DNA of 64,000 bases from Aulosira sp. ZfuVER01 (GCA_034530615.2 JAVRCV020000064.1:1-64000), one strand, 5' to 3'; counted from the first letter of the stretch, positions 41,227-52,116 are shown. The notes: generated from the sequence alone by a model not told the origin. Program-made: numbers and translations.

Positions 41227-42246
41227 CTAAACCAGCAGTGGTCTAAATCCATGCTTAACTGAAACCTGACCAATCTGCTCCATTTTGTCTACGGTAATCT
41301 GATTACGCCCCCAAGAAAAGTTCGTGTATAACTTCTCAAATTCCAAGAGCATTGATTCCGCAAAACAAGCAAACAACTGACGTGCTGGCACCTCCATATT
41401 GACGATTTTCATAATTTTCCAGTCAATATCTAGAGAGTGTTCAACAATGCCACCATTTAACACATAAACCCCAGGATGCTGAATTTTTGTCCCTAAATTT
41501 TTAGGATAGCCGCCATCAATCAGCAAACAAGGTTGTTTCAAAACCGTGGGGTCAATTTCCACGCCTTTGGGCATACTCGCAACCCAAACGACAATATCAG
41601 CTTGGGGTAGGGCTTCGTCCAAAGCCATAATTTTGCCCCGCCCTAGTTCAGCTTGTAAATATTGCAGCCGTTCTTGGTTACGGGCTATGAGGAGTAATTC
41701 TTTGACATCTGTTTTCGCATCTAGCCAGCGTGTAACTGCGCTGCCAATATCCCCCGTTGCACCACATACAGCCACGGTTGCTTGCGACAAATCAATACCT
41801 AATTGTTTCGACGCTTGTTCCACCTGCCGACAAATAATGTAGGCAGTGTGAGTATTGCCTGTAGTGAAGCGTTCAAACTCTAGTTTGATATTGCGAACTT
41901 GGCTGAATTGTTCCAAACTAAAGTTTTCAAAAATAATGGAGGAAAACCCACCTAAAGCTGTGATATTAATACCATGCTTTTGAGCATGGGCCATAGCATT
42001 GAGGATCTTGCGCGTCGCTGCCTTAATCCGGCGATTTGCCAGCATTTCCGGTAAGAAGCAGGATTCTACATACCGTCCTTCAATTTTCTGTCCAGTGACA
42101 CTAGTGACAGTGATGTTATCAACAATTTGGGGCGGGGCGCTGCACCAAAAATCTAGCCCTTGATCGGCATATTCTGGGTATCCCAAGTCTTTAGCTACGG
42201 CTTGAGCGTGTTCTAAACTAGTCAAATGTCCAATTAGACCAAACAT
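41227..42246 (-). CDS. aar: Long-chain acyl-ACP reductase (alkane synthesis)
   Basis: [51 protein letters not shown]. Confidence 0.98.
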   Translation of the reverse strand: MFGLIGHLTSLEHAQAVAKDLGYPEYADQGLDFWCSAPPQIVDNITVTSVTGQKIEGRYVESCFLPEMLANRRIKAATRKILNAMAHAQKHGINITALGGFSSIIFENFSLEQFSQVRNIKLEFERFTTGNTHTAYIICRQVEQASKQLGIDLSQATVAVCGATGDIGSAVTRWLDAKTDVKELLLIARNQERLQYLQAELGRGKIMALDEALPQADIVVWVASMPKGVEIDPTVLKQPCLLIDGGYPKNLGTKIQHPGVYVLNGGIVEHSLDIDWKIMKIVNMEVPARQLFACFAESMLLEFEKLYTNFSWGRNQITVDKMEQIGQVSVKHGFRPLLV

Positions 42247-42313
42247 GTATTGATATATTAAGCGCGTGCTGCGTCGAAAGCGTGGAATTAAGTGGGTTAA
42301 GAGCGAACAACCT

Positions 42314-42404
42314 ATACCAATTCAAAATTCAAAATTAGGAAAGTTCAGATGTCAAAAGGGTTTTTGAGTTTGGATCTGTTGCTGAATTTTTGGAGAATTG
42401 GTAT
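42314..42404. mobile_element. ~91-bp MITE-like element between ado and aar
   Basis: 10-bp terminal inverted repeats ATACCAATTC / GAATTGGTAT; internal TTCAAAA heptamers. Confidence 0.5.
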
Positions 42405-42480
42405 TAGCCTTAAAAATACTACACAAATCGTAATATATATCAGGGGCAACACAAGCAGTCACCCCTACTAGGGCTTATAT

Positions 42481-43176
42481 TCAAGCGGCTGTAAGTCCGT
42501 AGGCTGATAAGCGCATGATATCGCGGGTGCTGAAGCCGATGTTACTTAATGCTTCACCGTATTGAATCATGAAATCTTCAACCAAAGCGTCTTTTTCCAT
42601 TGCCAAAACTTGAGCATCATCTGCAACTTGGTTGAGCATTTTCCAAACAATGGGAAGGTTATGACGATTTGCCTCTTCTAGTTCAGCTTTTGATTCAACA
42701 AAGTGTTCTTTCAACCAAACTTCGCCAAAGTTAAGATGGCTGTACTCATCTTTGACTACTCCCTCAGTAATTTTGCGGGCAAAATCATCAGCAACAGGGA
42801 TGTAGATGTTGTATGCCGCTATGGCAAAACATTCAATGATCAAAGACTGAATCAGCAAGCAAGTAACAACTTTACCTTCTGCTGCGGCTTTTTGAAAATT
42901 GCTGTGCAGTCCCAGGAAAAATTCTTTGGCAAATTGCAGATCTGGCACTACCTGTAAATTGCGTCCACAAGCTTCAAATCCTTTCTTATGGCGACTTTCC
43001 ATTTTAGATAGGCGAATCAATTGCTCTTGATGTTCTGGCAGCATTTGGGCCAGTTGAATGTAATTATCATAAGCTTCTTGTTCACCTTCAATTACAATCG
43101 CATTAATGCGGCTGTAGGCGTCTTTGTATTTTTCGCTCTGGAAATCAATTTCAGATTGCTCTGTAATCTGCTGCAT
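42481..43176 (-). CDS. ado: Aldehyde-deformylating oxygenase
   Basis: [40 protein letters not shown] di-iron motifs; start MQQ at 43176. Confidence 0.98.
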   Translation of the reverse strand: MQQITEQSEIDFQSEKYKDAYSRINAIVIEGEQEAYDNYIQLAQMLPEHQEQLIRLSKMESRHKKGFEACGRNLQVVPDLQFAKEFFLGLHSNFQKAAAEGKVVTCLLIQSLIIECFAIAAYNIYIPVADDFARKITEGVVKDEYSHLNFGEVWLKEHFVESKAELEEANRHNLPIVWKMLNQVADDAQVLAMEKDALVEDFMIQYGEALSNIGFSTRDIMRLSAYGLTAA

Positions 43177-43354
43177 GTTATCTTTACCCCTGTAAACGTG
43201 AATCATTTGATACCAAAAATAAATTTACCCTATGACTTTAGGGTAACAATCATTGTGATTTAATTTAACTTAACAAGTCACTATGTTTATAGATTAGCTG
43301 TTGCTGGGGGCGATGCTCTAGTACTACAAACACAAATGCTTGAAAGCAAAACTC

Positions 43355-44182
43355 ATGTCCAAACCACAATGGAATCCGAAATATACCGATTTTGTGAGCC
43401 TAGGAGTATTACTAATAGGCGTTTTGATCGTTTTGCTGCCCTTGTTTGTGGTTTTTCTCACTTCTTTTGCGCCGGGAGGAGCAACGCCGGAAGTTTTACC
43501 GAAAAATAACTGGACCTTAGCTAATTATCAGGATGCATGGCAGCGAGGTAAGTTTTTATTGGCGTTTGCTAATTCTACCTTAGTAGCGATCGCAGTGACC
43601 GCGTTTCAAATTGTGACTTCGGCATTGGCAGGTTATGCCCTCGCACGACTAAAATTCCGGGGTAGACAAGCGCTGTTATTGATTGTCTTAGCAACTTTGG
43701 TGATACCCTTTCAGTTACTAGTGATTCCCATCTTTTTGGTGTTGAAGTGGGGACATTTGATTAATACTTACGGAGCATTGATTCTACCAACGGCTGTCAA
43801 CGGCTTTGGAATTTTTTTGTTACGTCAATATTTCCAGACAATTCCCGTAGAGTTAGAGGAAGCCGCAACTATAGACGGGGCGAACAGACTGCAAATTTTG
43901 TGGCGGGTAATGTTACCTTTAGCACGTCCAGCCTTGGTGACGCTGTTTTTGTTCACCTTTATCGCTGAGTGGAACGATTTGTTTAAGCCTTTGGTGTTTA
44001 CCACACGCCCAGAATTAAGAACAGTGCAGCTAGCTTTGGCAGAGTTTCAGGAGCAATTTACCAATAATTGGCCGTTGATGATGGCGGCGGTAACAATTGC
44101 AACTGTGCCCGTGATGGTTCTCTTCCTCATCGGTCAGCGCCAGTTTATTCGGGGTATTGCGGCGACGGGGATTAAGAATTAG
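43355..44182 (+). CDS. Carbohydrate ABC transporter permease (MalG-like)
   Basis: FANST, AGYALARLKF.G, EAA motif IPVELEEAATIDGA, WNDLF.PL. Confidence 0.93.
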   Translation: MSKPQWNPKYTDFVSLGVLLIGVLIVLLPLFVVFLTSFAPGGATPEVLPKNNWTLANYQDAWQRGKFLLAFANSTLVAIAVTAFQIVTSALAGYALARLKFRGRQALLLIVLATLVIPFQLLVIPIFLVLKWGHLINTYGALILPTAVNGFGIFLLRQYFQTIPVELEEAATIDGANRLQILWRVMLPLARPALVTLFLFTFIAEWNDLFKPLVFTTRPELRTVQLALAEFQEQFTNNWPLMMAAVTIATVPVMVLFLIGQRQFIRGIAATGIKN

Positions 44183-44237
44183 TTAAGGGTTAAAAGTCAA
44201 CAGTCAAGGGGGTAATCTTTAAACCTAACATCGCTTC

Positions 44238-44525
44238 ATGAATCTAGAATTTGAGTGGGATAACCAAAAAGATAGTCTGAATCTACAAAAGCACGGTATC
44301 AGCTTTGAAACTGCTAAGACAGTCTTTGACGATCCCCTTGCGTACATCTTCGATGATGAATGGCATTCTGTTGGGGACTGTCGGGAAATTATCATCGGAC
44401 ATGACGAAGAAAATCGCCTGTTATTGGTGTGTTTCACTGAAAGAGCAAAGGTTATCCGGATTATTAGCGCACGTCTAGCAACGAAGAAAGAACGACGAGA
44501 CTATGAAGAATTCACAGACTTTTGA
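44238..44525 (+). CDS. brnT: BrnT family type II toxin
   Basis: FEWD..K...NLQKHGISFETA..VFDDP ... IRIISARLATKKER..YE. Confidence 0.92.
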   Translation: MNLEFEWDNQKDSLNLQKHGISFETAKTVFDDPLAYIFDDEWHSVGDCREIIIGHDEENRLLLVCFTERAKVIRIISARLATKKERRDYEEFTDF

Positions 44526-44733
44526 ATCCCAGAACAATGCAGACGATGAGTTGCTTCCAGAATATGACTTTGACTATCGCAAAGCCAAGCCTAATCGGTT
44601 TGCCAGCCAGGAAAGAAAAACTCTTGTGACTGTTATTCTTGATCCAGATGTGGCTGAGGTATTTAAAACCTCAGCAGATGTTAACAATGCCTTGCGTGCT
44701 TTGTTATCAGCTATTCCACGGACTGAAAAATAA
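44503..44733 (+). CDS. BrnA-like antitoxin
   Basis: Overlaps the toxin 3' end by 23 bp; DELLPEYDFDY.KAKPNRFA...LDPDVAEVF...VNNALR.L. Confidence 0.85.
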   Translation: MKNSQTFESQNNADDELLPEYDFDYRKAKPNRFASQERKTLVTVILDPDVAEVFKTSADVNNALRALLSAIPRTEK

Positions 44734-44752
44734 ACAGCGATCGCCCAATTCC

Positions 44753-45784
44753 CTAATTCAATTCCTGAATTTGCAAGCGGACAGTATGTTCAACAGTACC
44801 ACTAAGTTGCAATTCCATGATTTCACCACCTAGAGGTTCTAAGGAACTGAGAAGCGATCGCAAATTTGGTGTACTTGCTCCTGTATCCACATACAACCGA
44901 TCTGCTAAATTGCTAATGCGTTTCCAAGTCATGTATAACTTGGCGATAGTTTGTTCAATTTGGGATGCTTGATTTACCAAATCAGCAGCTATAGTCAAAC
45001 AGCCTACTCTTTGCGCTTCTTCTAAAGCTGTTTCAATATCAACATCTGCTTGGGTTAGTGCTTGAACTTGAGCAGCGGATTTTAAATATTTTGCTAGGTA
45101 ACGTGCTTCTGTAGTTACCTGTTTGAGTGTATCAACATCGGGGTTAGCAGCAATTTCTTTTTGTAAATATTTTTGGTGTGGTTCTGGCAGTTTTTCTAAT
45201 TCCTTCACCAGTGGGGCGATGTAGCGAGGGGGAAGGGTGTTATCTGCTGCTTTGATCTTGACTGGTTCTGGTAGCAACTCTGAGGACATAGCTGTCCATT
45301 CATCGCTGAGTTGGCGGACTTCGCGCCGAGTGATGCGATCGCCTTTTTGCGCGGCTTCACTTACCATCTGCTGCACTTCTGGTGAAGCTTTGGAAGTTTC
45401 GACAAAGGCACGTTTACTAAAATTATTCACCGTGCCTGGGTCAAGTTTGCCCTCTTCTAAAAGCGTATCAGCACTATTAGCTAATTGAATCCAAGCATAA
45501 GCTTGACTTTTACTGATTTCGCGTTCTTTCAACCAGCGGAGAAAACCAGCACCCCGACTATCACCACCTATTTTTTCGCGATCGCGGATGGCGCGTAAAA
45601 TTCGCCCCCGCCAGATTTCGGTTTGTAAATCAAAGCGATCGCATACCTGCCAAGCTACATCCAGCTGTTGTTGGAAATCTGACTCTAGTATCTGTTCATC
45701 TTCTGGATCGGGCAGTTCAAAGGTAAGATCCGCTGGCTGTTGCAAAGCAGCAGCAATGTCGTTGATAGATTCGTTATATTCCAC
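44753..45784 (-). CDS. Conserved hypothetical cyanobacterial protein
   Basis: 343-aa helical ORF (AWQVCDRFDLQTEIWRGRILRA, NFSKRAFVET); GTG start; several HIP1 sites. Confidence 0.8.
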   Translation of the reverse strand: MEYNESINDIAAALQQPADLTFELPDPEDEQILESDFQQQLDVAWQVCDRFDLQTEIWRGRILRAIRDREKIGGDSRGAGFLRWLKEREISKSQAYAWIQLANSADTLLEEGKLDPGTVNNFSKRAFVETSKASPEVQQMVSEAAQKGDRITRREVRQLSDEWTAMSSELLPEPVKIKAADNTLPPRYIAPLVKELEKLPEPHQKYLQKEIAANPDVDTLKQVTTEARYLAKYLKSAAQVQALTQADVDIETALEEAQRVGCLTIAADLVNQASQIEQTIAKLYMTWKRISNLADRLYVDTGASTPNLRSLLSSLEPLGGEIMELQLSGTVEHTVRLQIQELN

Positions 45785-46584
45785 GACTGGTTGCCGAGTA
45801 GTGTATGCGTCGGCTTATTATGCCACAATCTGTGTACTTTGGTAGTAAGACTGACTGAAGATGCGATGAATATAGCGATCGCACAAGCTGTAGAGTTTAG
45901 TTACTCCATATTTTCTATTAACACTGCAATTTCCAGATTCTGTAAACTTCCAAAAACCTGCATAATGTTGACTTCTGTGTGCTACATATTTCTTAACAAT
46001 AGCAATGTGTAAGATTTGTTTTCTGAGAGTTATTTATGCTATATGCTTGATACTTGTGCCCAAATTACTCATAATTTTGCATTAAGCTAACTAATATTAT
46101 TTTTTGGGGTTTGAGAAATGGCGTTTAGTAGAGGTTAAATAGACATTATTAATTGTAAAAATCAAAAACCGTTTAATCTTTTTTAGATAGTTAAGCTGAT
46201 AGCATAATTGCGCAAATAATAAGTTTAGCTTTAACAATTCTAGTAACCATAAAAATAAAATTAGCAATATATATTGACCAAATATAAATATAGACTTAGT
46301 AAATCAATATATAAATTTGGTTGTAGAACAGCTAAATAATCAGCAGTGCAGTTTCATTAAGCCTTATGTATTTACCAAATATTTTGAAACAATAGCTTAC
46401 AGAATTATCAGTGGTGCTGCTCTGTGAATTGTGAGAACTGAATCTTGAGTTTTGAGTCCTGAGTTTTCAGTAGATTAATAGGGTTATATGGTAATTATTA
46501 TGATATCCTGCTCTTCTCTACATTGCCCTAATTTCTACTGATTTCTCATTCAGTAACAACTTGAATGCATATTCCCAGACCACT

Positions 46585-48921
46585 ATGAGATACCAGGTAT
46601 TAGAGTGGATTTTTAATAAACCTTCATTCCCACGTAAATTTGAACGGTTGGAACTGGATGAACATTTACATATATTAGATATTTCTGAGCAAGTAATAAG
46701 GTTTGCTGCTCAACCTGAAGAGGTAACACTCGGAAAAGATGTGCGCCTCAGTTTTCCTGAATTTATCGGACTTGAAGATATTCTGGTATCTATCTTGAAA
46801 GGAGAACAGGAACTATTTGAAATATCAGGAATTAGAAGAGGCTCAGAGCCAACATCTGAGATATACATAGATATATATATTATCGGAGAACAAGTTAATT
46901 CAACCTGTGGTAATAAATTAATTATTCTCATTGAAGAAGTTACTAAAAGGCTAGCTTTAGAACAGCAAGTAACACAGAAATATCATGAATCAAGCCTATT
47001 ATCAAGTACTTTAATAGTATATAAAAATTACATGGAACAAGTTATCAATTCAATGGCAGATGCCTTATTGGTAACGAGCAATTCCGGAACGATCAAAAAA
47101 ATTAATTTTGCTACAGAAAAATTATTTGGCTATAGTGAAGCAGAATTAATTGGACAATCAATTTCTTTAATAATTGATGATTATGTATTGTTGCAACAAC
47201 ATTCGCAATCTCAGCCAAATTCCTCAAATATAGAAGTAGTTTGCCGTACTAAAAAAAGAGAAAAATTGTTGATTGCTTTCTCTTATTCAGTTATTCAAAA
47301 CCACGTCGATAGCTTAGAGGATATTGTCTATATTGGTAGAGATATTACGGCTCGCCAGCGCCGGGAACAACGTATTTGTGCTCAGTATGCTATTACTCGC
47401 ATTTTATCAGAATCCCAAAGCGTCAAGCAGGCAATGCCAAAAATTTTGCAAGCGATTTGTCAAACTCTCGGATGGGATGTGGGAGAACTTTGGACACCAA
47501 ATCAATACATTACTACATTGGTGCAGCGTGATAGTGCTAGTGTTGTGCTTAGATGCGTAGAAATTTGGTCAAGTAGACTAGTTTCGGTGCGAGAGTTTAA
47601 AGCAATTACTTGGCAGACAACCTATAACTCTGGTGTGGGTTTACCTGGTCGAATTTGGTCTAGACGTTCGCCACTGTGGATTAAAGATATTGCGGATGAT
47701 GATGACTTACAGCGATCGCAACCAGCAGCAGCAGCAGAATTACACACTGCATTTGGCTTCCCCATTTTAGATGACGCTGAAATTTTAGGGGTAATGGTTT
47801 TTTTGAGCAAAGAGGTACAACAAAAAGATATAGATCTACTACAAATGATGGTTTCTATTGGTAGCCAAATTGCTCATTTTATCAAATGCAAACATACAGA
47901 AGCAGCATTGATAGAAAGTGAAGAAAGATATCGAGATTTATTAGAAAATGCTAACGATTTAATTCAATCTGTTAATGTTTATGGACGTTTTTTATATGTT
48001 AATAAAGCATGGCAAACAACATTAGGATATAGTGCTGATGAAATTGCTAAGATGAATCTTTTTGATATCATCCATCCAGATTTTCAACAACGCAGCCGAC
48101 AAAGGTTTTATAACGTGCTGTCAGGAGAAAACCTGGAACAAATCCAAACGGCTTTTCTGACTAAAAATGGGCAAACAATTTTTTTAGAGGGAAATATTAA
48201 TTGTAAGTTTGTCGAAGGAAAGCCAGTTGCAATTCGGGGAATTTTTCGTAATGTTACTCAGCGACTATTAGCAGAAGAAGCGCTACGCCATCAACAAGAG
48301 CAAACTAAACATCTTTTGCAAAATATCTCCTCATCGGCAATTTATCAACCTCCGAAACAATTAGGCAGTGTAGCAAAAGACTTTGCTGAGATTACAGTTT
48401 TGTTTGCAGATATTGTCGGCTTAAACAAAATCGCTGCTTCCATGAGTGCGATGCAATTGGTAAGCTTACTCAATCCCATTTTTTCAGCTTTCGATCGCCT
48501 GAGTGAACGATATAGTCTCCAGAAAATCCAGAGTGTTAACGAAGTTTATATGGTAATTGGTGGCTTACCTGTGCAACGCTCAGATCATGCTCAAGCGATC
48601 GCTCACATGGCCTTGGATATGCAAAGTGCGATCGCCTTATTCAATAGCGAACATCACCAAAACTTTAGCCTCCGCATCGGTATCCATAGCGGCCCTCTTG
48701 TAGCCGGAATCATGGAGGTACAAAAATTTAACTATAATCGCTGGGGTGAAACAGTCAACCTTGCTAGTTATATGGAAGCTCAAGGAATTCCTGGGCAAAT
48801 TCAAGTTTCGCAAAATACCTATGAGCGTTTATTTAATGAATTTTTATTAGAAAGGCGGGGTGAATTTGAAGTTAAAGGAAGAGGAAAAATAACAACTTAT
48901 CTATTGATTGGGCGCAAATAA
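46585..48921 (+). CDS. PAS-GAF-PAS class III nucleotide cyclase-like protein with degenerate active site
   Basis: PAS (MADALLV..., LLENANDLIQ...), GAF (GLPGRIW), cyclase fold LFADIVG...RIGIHSG...WGETVN...VKGRG; start uncertain. Confidence 0.88.
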   Translation: MRYQVLEWIFNKPSFPRKFERLELDEHLHILDISEQVIRFAAQPEEVTLGKDVRLSFPEFIGLEDILVSILKGEQELFEISGIRRGSEPTSEIYIDIYIIGEQVNSTCGNKLIILIEEVTKRLALEQQVTQKYHESSLLSSTLIVYKNYMEQVINSMADALLVTSNSGTIKKINFATEKLFGYSEAELIGQSISLIIDDYVLLQQHSQSQPNSSNIEVVCRTKKREKLLIAFSYSVIQNHVDSLEDIVYIGRDITARQRREQRICAQYAITRILSESQSVKQAMPKILQAICQTLGWDVGELWTPNQYITTLVQRDSASVVLRCVEIWSSRLVSVREFKAITWQTTYNSGVGLPGRIWSRRSPLWIKDIADDDDLQRSQPAAAAELHTAFGFPILDDAEILGVMVFLSKEVQQKDIDLLQMMVSIGSQIAHFIKCKHTEAALIESEERYRDLLENANDLIQSVNVYGRFLYVNKAWQTTLGYSADEIAKMNLFDIIHPDFQQRSRQRFYNVLSGENLEQIQTAFLTKNGQTIFLEGNINCKFVEGKPVAIRGIFRNVTQRLLAEEALRHQQEQTKHLLQNISSSAIYQPPKQLGSVAKDFAEITVLFADIVGLNKIAASMSAMQLVSLLNPIFSAFDRLSERYSLQKIQSVNEVYMVIGGLPVQRSDHAQAIAHMALDMQSAIALFNSEHHQNFSLRIGIHSGPLVAGIMEVQKFNYNRWGETVNLASYMEAQGIPGQIQVSQNTYERLFNEFLLERRGEFEVKGRGKITTYLLIGRK

Positions 48922-49074
48922 ATCATCCGACAGAATTAATTATATATACACTTGAGGCTTATGTGTAAGGTGAGCATTGCTTCGCTGAGAGTGCAATTTG
49001 CATAGTGTCTCCTTTAGAAGAAGGAGCCTTATATTATGTTCGGCAAATTACTTGTAATATGCCCGCAGGGACTG

Positions 49075-49186
49075 CAACCTAGATACCTGTGGATGCTAGT
49101 TGCTTCCCGCAGAGTAGCAATCGCAGGGGTTTTGAGCTTGCTAATCTTCAAGTTTTCTTTTGGAGTATGCTTTGCTCGCAATGACA
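49075..49186. repeat. Degenerate dispersed repeat (GCAATCGC...CTCGCAATGACA type) with an embedded SDR-like unit
   Basis: ttgcttcccgcagagtagcaatcgc ... tgctttgctcgcaatgaca resembles Nostocales intergenic mini-repeats. Confidence 0.4.
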
Positions 49187-49486
49187 ACTGTTTAACTAGA
49201 CGTGATATCACCTGTTTGCTTAGAGTAAGCACTAAAATACTTCAAACTCCAGGACTAAAATTCTAACTACAAATTCAGCTTTGATAACTAATGGAACAAA
49301 TCACCGATCTTAGAGATTGATTGTTATATCTAGCTAACGACATAAATTTCATTTAATATTGCATAAATTTACGTCTTTTGATATAGCTAATTTCTAGCTG
49401 AAGATAGTTTTAACCAGTATTATTCATAATTAAATCATTTTTTTAATTACTATGAATTTATTAATTAAAACTTTATTAACAAAACA

Positions 49487-49693
49487 ATGATTTCTCCTTG
49501 GAAAAATCCTTTGCCGATAGAAAAGTACCCTTCAGAACGAGTTGTTATATACTTTCACAATAATGAACAATGGGTACCAATTAAATACTGTCATCTATTA
49601 AAAGCAGTTGAACTCTACCAAAAATCAATAACTTTATCAGGTAAAGAAATTTTGATATTTCCTCCTGATTTAGACCCTAATAAATTTAATTAG
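49487..49693 (+). CDS. Small hypothetical protein
   Basis: 68-aa ATG ORF in an AT-rich intergenic region with protein-like composition. Confidence 0.5.
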   Translation: MISPWKNPLPIEKYPSERVVIYFHNNEQWVPIKYCHLLKAVELYQKSITLSGKEILIFPPDLDPNKFN

Positions 49694-50138
49694 GGTACTT
49701 AAATTTAATATTGTTATTTGACCTTTGTTGCTTTGTTGATCAAGATTTCTCTCTGAATAAAGCGATGGAAATTTGAGGTAATGTTCAATATTTCCAATTT
49801 ATATTTGGTCAAATGAACTCAAAAATCATGGCTCTTTTTATACTTTCTTAACAAAATTTGTAAAGATACAACAAGCTAGAAGGTGCTCGCTTGATGTGTA
49901 CGTTTAGTAGGCATAGCCAATCGTTACTGCATTAGTGGCATTACGAGGAAATACTAATTTTTGCAAAGAGCGAGAAACTTAGGTATTTTTATGGTTGCTA
50001 TATGTAAAATTTACAGATGAGCATGGTAGGTGGGTTAATACCAGGTTGAATTCTCGATTTTAGATTATAGGTTTTGCTAGCTTTCTCAATGATGATTTGA
50101 CGATTTTAAAGTATCGCTCAATGGGGATTAATTACATT

Positions 50139-50609
50139 ATGCCTAATTCATCGTTTATAGCTTCCAGCCAGAAAAATGCTGCAACAAAGCGGGATATTAA
50201 GCAAGTTCCGTTTGTTGAGTTATTTAATTATCGCGTGCAAGGAGTGGTTTCTAGCGGTTCTGATATTGAACGGGTTTATGTTTCTTTTTTTGAAGCAGGA
50301 ACGCTAGATTTTTATTGCAGCACGAATAATAACCGTCCTTGTGGCGGGTTGCAAGGCTATCCCTGCAAGCATTTGCAAGCTGTGATGAAAGAAGCGATCG
50401 CAGCTTATGGTATCGACCAAGTAATCAATTATCTCAAAATTCCGGGTGATGTCAGTCAAATTACTTCCTTTGGCGACATTATCAACCGCCGAGGTACGGT
50501 AAAAAAAGAGCCTGCAAGCGAAGTTTTCAGCCGCTTTTTAAATTACCTACGTTACTTAGAATTGGAAACATCCAATTCTCCCCTCCCAGAAATGAGTTGG
50601 TTTGTTTAG
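50139..50609 (+). CDS. Variant SWIM-type Zn-finger protein
   Basis: VQGVVSSGSDIERVY beta-strands, then C-x7-C-x7-CKH (CSTNNNRPCGGLQGYPCKH); start 50121 or 50139. Confidence 0.75.
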   Translation: MPNSSFIASSQKNAATKRDIKQVPFVELFNYRVQGVVSSGSDIERVYVSFFEAGTLDFYCSTNNNRPCGGLQGYPCKHLQAVMKEAIAAYGIDQVINYLKIPGDVSQITSFGDIINRRGTVKKEPASEVFSRFLNYLRYLELETSNSPLPEMSWFV

Positions 50610-50654
50610 TAATGAAATTATCCCAACCATTACACGTAGTTCAGTTTCAGACAG

Positions 50655-50716
50655 GGTTTAAATCCCCGTCTAAGAATGTCTTTAATTTTGAATTTTGAAT
50701 TTTGAATTTTGAATTG
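50655..50716. repeat. GACAGGG/CCCGTC hairpin + (AATTTTG)x4 STRR
   Basis: Seen directly. Confidence 0.7.
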
Positions 50717-50721
50717 TTAAC

Positions 50722-52107
50722 ATGGCTTTCCCTGGCGCATTGCATCAATTAGGCGAAAGCAATCAAGTAGTATTCGAGTTGATTGCTGGTTTAGATGAGT
50801 GTTTTATTACTGGCTTTGCTAATTTAGACGATCGAAATCTCCAAACTTTGCAGGCTTTAGTGCGGGTATTTACTGGCACTCCCTTACAGCAATCATTGGC
50901 TGATGCTGTTGTAGGAATTAGCTCAAATGAGTTTGTAGATAAGCATTTTACAGTTTTAGCTAGTGCACGAGCTTCAATTCAAGGATCGCTATTTGATACA
51001 TTACAATCTCAAGTAAGAAGCTTGTTAGGGCGAACAGAAATAGCTGAAGCAGAGGTTGCAGAATATAGCGAATCACCAAACAATGTCAAAGTTTTGTTAG
51101 CAAGTGTGCGTCACTGGTTAATGGAAATTGCTTTAGTCGGGTTTGCGCGTTTGGATACAGCAACTTTAGTTCATTTTGCGGGGACGCTAGAACAAATCCA
51201 AGCAGAACCTTTATTAGTGCGACAAGCTGGTTTACTGACGGGATATTTTAATGAATTGATGCGTCATGTCCCGGTGGTTGATAGCCAAGCAATTCCTGTA
51301 TACCGTTGGGTTGATTTGTGGACGCAAGCGATGATAGGCACATTGCGCCCAGCTAACTTGCCAAAATCACAGCCAATATCGGGAAACTTAGAGATTTTAG
51401 GTTTAGATTTGCGCCAACACGCAAATTTAGTTAGCTTTACAGCTTACGGGTTGTTGGATACAAATAATCAAACTCAGTTGGTGCGAGTTACCCAGTCAGC
51501 TTACAAGGTAGATGCAATTAATAACGAGCAAATTTGGTTGTTATTTCCTAATGCAACTACTTTGCTTGATGCTTTTGCACAAAATCGGATATTACAGGTT
51601 AAAGATATTCCTTTGCTACCCACTGGAGATTTACTTTGGCAAGGTCAAGCAGAACTTGGTCTTACCTATAATTTGATGGAGCGTGCAGAGAAATTTTTTG
51701 CTGAGAATGCAGGTAATAGCTTAGTTTATTCTACAGTTGCCGCAAGCGATCGCCATCCCATCCAACTTGCGGAACCGATATTTCTCAGTAAGTATAAAGT
51801 CATCAAAAATGAGGAAAGTATTGTTTTAAGTTGGGGTGATGCAGGAGAACTCAGCATTGCCACCGAACGTATCAGCAGTTTATCAGAATTAAATTTAGAT
51901 GCGATCGCCAAATCTCAACAAATCTTCGGACTGTTACGCTTCGATGCAGGGAAATGGACAGTTCAACCTTTAGCGGTGACAGCTAAAAACAAAACAACAT
52001 ATACAGGACAAACCGCCGCGCAAGTAATTTCTAAAAAAGATTCAATCAAAGGTAGCGTTGTGGGAATTCTCCAAGAACGTTCTAGCCGTCTACTGCGTAA
52101 GGGATGA
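50722..52107 (+). CDS. Hypothetical protein (helical N-terminal half, beta-rich C-terminal half) in the MoxR/VWA operon
   Basis: 461-aa ORF; RWVDLWT, GLLRFDAGKW, ILQERSSRLLR; 9 bp upstream of the VWA gene. Confidence 0.8.
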   Translation: MAFPGALHQLGESNQVVFELIAGLDECFITGFANLDDRNLQTLQALVRVFTGTPLQQSLADAVVGISSNEFVDKHFTVLASARASIQGSLFDTLQSQVRSLLGRTEIAEAEVAEYSESPNNVKVLLASVRHWLMEIALVGFARLDTATLVHFAGTLEQIQAEPLLVRQAGLLTGYFNELMRHVPVVDSQAIPVYRWVDLWTQAMIGTLRPANLPKSQPISGNLEILGLDLRQHANLVSFTAYGLLDTNNQTQLVRVTQSAYKVDAINNEQIWLLFPNATTLLDAFAQNRILQVKDIPLLPTGDLLWQGQAELGLTYNLMERAEKFFAENAGNSLVYSTVAASDRHPIQLAEPIFLSKYKVIKNEESIVLSWGDAGELSIATERISSLSELNLDAIAKSQQIFGLLRFDAGKWTVQPLAVTAKNKTTYTGQTAAQVISKKDSIKGSVVGILQERSSRLLRKG

Positions 52108-52116
52108 GGCAAATAT

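Noticed and set aside
49029..49266. Two overlapping short ORFs
   Set aside because: Coincide with a degenerate dispersed repeat; no protein motif
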